From contig MTLP01000022.1 of NCBI GenBank assembly GCA_002009975.1, forward strand, positions 32,001 to 96,000: a DNA stretch of 64,000 nt. The letters run 5' to 3'. Positions 58,943 through 64,000 of the stretch are shown here, piece after piece; the first letter of the stretch is position 1; every line of letters begins with the position of its first letter. The position numbers and the translations under genes are program-made. A model generated the notes under the pieces. It saw nothing but the letters and a program-made list of their open reading frames with translations. It searched no databases and was not told the origin of the DNA. This DNA is from Thermococcus sp. JdFR-02. Its GTDB lineage: Archaea > Methanobacteriota_B > Thermococci > Thermococcales > Thermococcaceae.

Positions 58943-59457
58943 TTAGCCAAATTAGGTTTGCTGGAATTGGTGGACAAGGTGTAATTCTAGCTGGGCTTAT
59001 TTTAGGAGAAGCAGCTGCAATTGAAGGCTTAAACGTCATTCAAACTCAAGATTATGGTTCTCAAAGCAGGGGAGGTCACTCAATAGCCGATGTTATCATT
59101 GGAGATGAGCCGATTTATAACTTAATCGTTACAAAAGCGGACATTCTTGTAGCTTTAGCCCAATTGGGATATAAAGCAACAAAGCATGAATTAAAGAAAG
59201 ATGGACTTTTGATAGTTGATACTGACTTGGTCAAGCCAGATAGGGAATTTATTGGTGCCCCATTTACAAAATTAGCAGAAGAGAAAGTTGGATTAGCTTT
59301 AACAGTCAATATGGTAGCTTTAGGCTATTTAGTTGCTAAAACGGGAATCGTCAAAAAAGAGAGTGTTGAAGAGGCGATTAGAAGGAGAGTTCCTAAGGGA
59401 ACCGAGGAGATTAACTTGAAAGCTTTTAACGTTGGTTATGAGGAGGGAGCAAAATGA
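58939..59457 (+). CDS. korC: 2-oxoacid:ferredoxin oxidoreductase gamma subunit 1
   Basis: G.GGQG, YG..SRGG. Confidence 0.88.
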   Translation: MISQIRFAGIGGQGVILAGLILGEAAAIEGLNVIQTQDYGSQSRGGHSIADVIIGDEPIYNLIVTKADILVALAQLGYKATKHELKKDGLLIVDTDLVKPDREFIGAPFTKLAEEKVGLALTVNMVALGYLVAKTGIVKKESVEEAIRRRVPKGTEEINLKAFNVGYEEGAK

Positions 59458-60608
59458 AGTATCCTTTTCCAGTTGGGACAAATGACTTCATTCAAGGTGA
59501 TGAAGCGATAGCGAGAGCTGCAATCTTAGCCGGTTGTCGTTTTTATGCGGGTTACCCCATAACACCAGCAAGCGAGATATTTGAAGCCATGTCTCTATAC
59601 ATGCCTTTAGTGGATGGTGTTTCAATTCAAATGGAGGATGAGATTGCAAGTATTGCCGCGATAATTGGAGCATCTTGGACTGGAGTAAAAGCTATGACGG
59701 CTACAAGCGGTCCTGGATTTAGCTTAATGATGGAAAACTTAGGCTATGCTATAATGACTGAGACACCGATTGTGATTGTTGACGTTCAAAGAAGCGGACC
59801 ATCAACAGGTCAACCAACTTTAGCGGCACAAGGTGATGTTATGCAGGCAATATGGGGAACCCATGGAGATCATAGCTTAATAGTTCTATCACCAGCAACT
59901 GTTCAAGAAGCTTTTGACATGACCATAAAGGCATTTAACTTAGCAGAGAAATACAGAACTCCTGTAGTTCTTCTAACCGATGCAGAAGTTGGACATATGA
60001 GAGAAAAAGTTAACATTCCAAATCCCGATGAGATTGAACTCCTCTATCGTAAGTTGCCTCAAAGTGATGAAGAGGCTAAATTCCCATTTGGCGACATTCA
60101 CGGCGATCTAATCCCCCCAATGCCGATCTTTGGTAAGGGATATAGGACATACGTTACTGGGTTAACTCACGATGAGAGAGGAAAACCAAAAACAGTTGAA
60201 TCTGAAATTCACGAAAAGCTCATCAAAAGAATTGTTGCCAAGATAGAGAACAACAAAAAGGATATCATAGAGTATGAAACCTACGACCTAGATGATGCTG
60301 AAATTGTCATAATTAGCTATGGAATAGTTGCGAGATCAGCGGAAAGGGCTGTGAAAATATTGAGGAAGGAAGGAATTAAAGCCGGCTTGCTAAAACTTAA
60401 CGTTCTATGGCCTTTTGACTTTGAGCTAATTGAGGAAATTGCTGAGCAAGCTAAGAAGATTTACGTTGCAGAGATGAACTTAGGACAAGTATATCACATG
60501 GTTAAAGAAGGAGCTAACGGAAAAACTGAAGTTGAGCTGATTTCCAAGATTGGTGGGGAAATACACACACCTTACGACATAATTGGCGAGATTAAGAGGG
60601 GGTTGTGA
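59454..60608 (+). CDS. korA: 2-oxoacid:ferredoxin oxidoreductase alpha subunit 2
   Basis: YAGYPITP, QMEDEI. Confidence 0.9.
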   Translation: MKYPFPVGTNDFIQGDEAIARAAILAGCRFYAGYPITPASEIFEAMSLYMPLVDGVSIQMEDEIASIAAIIGASWTGVKAMTATSGPGFSLMMENLGYAIMTETPIVIVDVQRSGPSTGQPTLAAQGDVMQAIWGTHGDHSLIVLSPATVQEAFDMTIKAFNLAEKYRTPVVLLTDAEVGHMREKVNIPNPDEIELLYRKLPQSDEEAKFPFGDIHGDLIPPMPIFGKGYRTYVTGLTHDERGKPKTVESEIHEKLIKRIVAKIENNKKDIIEYETYDLDDAEIVIISYGIVARSAERAVKILRKEGIKAGLLKLNVLWPFDFELIEEIAEQAKKIYVAEMNLGQVYHMVKEGANGKTEVELISKIGGEIHTPYDIIGEIKRGL

Positions 60609-60610
60609 GG

Positions 60611-61465
60611 ATGTATCTTAAGTCAAGCTACGAAATTAGGGATAAGTATCTAAGAAAGGACATGCTTCCAACGATATTCTGTCCTGGTTGTGGTATTGGG
60701 AGCGTTTTACAATTTACGTTAAGAGCTATTGATGAGCTGGGATGGAGCCAAGATGAGGTAGTATGGGTTAGTGGAATTGGATGTTCATCAAGAGTTCCGG
60801 GTTACGTTGATTTTGATGGATTACACACAACTCATGGAAGGGCTTTAGCCTTTGCAACTGGAATTAAGATGGCTAACCCAGATTTGAAAGTCATAGTCTT
60901 TGCTGGTGATGGAGATATAGCGGCTATAGGAGGCAACCACTTCATCCATGCAGTGAGGAGAAATCTTGACGTTACTGTAATTCTAATTAACAACTTCACC
61001 TATGGAATGACTGGAGGACAAGTTGCTCCAACAACATTGAAAGGTCTTAGAGGAACAACTGCACCCTATGGAAGCTTTGAAAACCCCTTTGACATTGCTC
61101 AATTAGCAGTAGCCTCTGGCGCAAATTATGTTGCAAGATGGACGGTCTTTAACTACGTTCAAGGGATCAAAAGCGTTAAGAAAGCACTTCAAAAGAAAGG
61201 CTTTACATTAGTCGAATTTCTATCACCGTGCCCAATCAGCTTTGGAAGGAGGAACAGAATGAAAACTGCCCCAGAGCTAATAAAGTGGTACCAACAAATC
61301 ACAATACCAATCAGCAAAGCAAAGAACATGCCTCCAGAAGAGCTGGAGGGTAAAATTGTAATCGGGGAATTCGTTGATAGGGATAGGCCAAGCTTAGAAG
61401 AAGAGTATGAGAGGCTGAAGAAGAGGGCAAAGCAAATGATGGGCTTTGAGGAGGGAGAAGAATGA
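60611..61465 (+). CDS. korB: 2-oxoacid:ferredoxin oxidoreductase beta subunit 2
   Basis: CPGCG, GDGD, YGMTGGQ. Confidence 0.9.
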   Translation: MYLKSSYEIRDKYLRKDMLPTIFCPGCGIGSVLQFTLRAIDELGWSQDEVVWVSGIGCSSRVPGYVDFDGLHTTHGRALAFATGIKMANPDLKVIVFAGDGDIAAIGGNHFIHAVRRNLDVTVILINNFTYGMTGGQVAPTTLKGLRGTTAPYGSFENPFDIAQLAVASGANYVARWTVFNYVQGIKSVKKALQKKGFTLVEFLSPCPISFGRRNRMKTAPELIKWYQQITIPISKAKNMPPEELEGKIVIGEFVDRDRPSLEEEYERLKKRAKQMMGFEEGEE

Positions 61466-62022
61466 GAAAGGAAGTTCTAATAGGAGGCTTTGGTGGACAG
61501 GGAGTAATCCTAGCAAGTGTCATTCTTGGAAGAGCAATTGCAGTTTATGAAGGTCTCTATGCAGTTCAAACTCAAGCCTATGGTCCAGAGTCAAGAGGTG
61601 GAGCAAGTAGATCAGAGGTCGTAATAAGCGATGAGCCCATTGACTATCCAAAGGCATTAGCCCCAGATTATGCAATCCTCCTATCTCAAGAAGCTTACAA
61701 CAAGTATCTGCCCTTGGTTAAAGAAGGCGGGATTATAATACTTGAAAAAGACCTAATTCCTCACAGAAATTCTGAGCTTGAGAAGAAACTTAAAGTTTAT
61801 GCTCTACCCTTCACGGAGATTGCAGAGGAAGAGGTTGGATTAAGCTTAACGATGAACATTCTTGTTTTAGGATTCTTTGCAAAAGTTAGCGGCATAGTCA
61901 GTGAAGAATCAATAAAGAAGGCTGTTTTGGACAGTGTTCCAAGGGGAACCGAAGCCATTAATACAAGAGCCTTAGAAAAAGGCTTTGAGTTGGGCGAAAA
62001 AGCATTAAAAGGACAAATTTAA
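61462..62022 (+). CDS. korC: 2-oxoacid:ferredoxin oxidoreductase gamma subunit 2
   Basis: GFGGQG, YGPESRGG. Confidence 0.88.
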   Translation: MRKEVLIGGFGGQGVILASVILGRAIAVYEGLYAVQTQAYGPESRGGASRSEVVISDEPIDYPKALAPDYAILLSQEAYNKYLPLVKEGGIIILEKDLIPHRNSELEKKLKVYALPFTEIAEEEVGLSLTMNILVLGFFAKVSGIVSEESIKKAVLDSVPRGTEAINTRALEKGFELGEKALKGQI

Positions 62023-62056
62023 TAACCTTCCTTCATCTATTTTTATTGGTGAAATC

Positions 62057-62714
62057 ATGGAGTTCATAGGCATTGCTAATGTAGGCAATACATTTGACAA
62101 TAGGCTCATTTTCAAAGTGTACAGCAAGGTTAATGATTATCTTCGTGAAAATGGGCTTAAAAACATCAGGCTTCTTCTTTTAAAAAAGATCAATCTCAGC
62201 CCGGCATATTTGATAACTATAGACACACAAGATGGAAAAATGAAGGGCTATTCTCTGGAAGCTCTAATTGATTTGCTCTATGCTCATCTCCTCGAAGAAA
62301 GGGAAAAAATCCTAATGGATAGAGAATACAACCTTTTAATTAAAAAAGAGCTTCATCCCGAGCTTAAACTTGAAGATGAGATTAATAAGCTACGTTTTGA
62401 TAAAATTTTGGGAATAGTCAACTTTCCCTTGGTCTCAAGAAATCCCTATTTTGATTTCTATGAAAAATTCCTGGGAATACACAAAAAGGTTGGGGACAAA
62501 AAGATAATGGTTCTCTCAATAAAACCCTTTTACAGCGAAGAGGAAGAACTCTTTGTTGAGAGGGTTGCAAAAGGAGTTTTGCATGAAATTGGACACAGCT
62601 TTGGTTTAGAACACTGTAAAAACGCGTGCATAATGAGACAGCCAAAAACCCTAAGAGAATGGGATTTGACAAAACCGAGATTTTGTGGAGATTGTTTTGT
62701 GAGGTTAGTCAAAA

Positions 62715-62728
<14 letters not shown>
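62057..62728 (+). CDS. Archaemetzincin (peptidase M54) family protein
   Basis: HEIGHSFGLEHC...CIM...FC..C. Confidence 0.88.

Positions 62729-64000
<1,272 letters not shown>

Overview
Hyperthermophilic archaeal chromosome of the order Thermococcales, judged from srp54, rpl40e, RaSEA, Nre, TrmB/TreT, archaeal tRNAs, a box C/D sRNA and GGTGA-type ribosome-binding sites. (1) 1-12884 is the right part of an integrated element. It ends in a 3'-half copy of tRNA-Gly(GCC) that is read through by an SSV-type integrase C-fragment. Its long minus-strand operon (two-helix capsid-like protein, P-loop ATPase, LamG-like and DUF2341 adhesin-like proteins) looks like a spindle-shaped (PAV1/TPV1-like) provirus; the left end is outside the window. 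(2) 12885-14950 is a decayed islet with a truncated AGOG-like DNA glycosylase and an intact protein made of two tandem PD-(D/E)xK-like nuclease domains. (3) 19148-21190 is a candidate peptide-antibiotic locus: two precursor genes share one leader but have unrelated cores (one has an internal stop), each is followed by a small membrane protein, and a SpoIIM/DUF95 gene sits between them. An IS200/IS605-end-like scar truncates the locus. (4) 26737-47064 holds two carbohydrate clusters with visible candidate operators. (5) 47187-47359 is a probable unannotated structured RNA with its own TATA box. (6) The rest is housekeeping: 4 tRNAs, a box C/D sRNA, duplicated 2-oxoacid:ferredoxin oxidoreductase genes with an 80-bp identical tract, and the start of cas6 at the right edge. 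All family assignments come from motif recognition by eye, not database searches.
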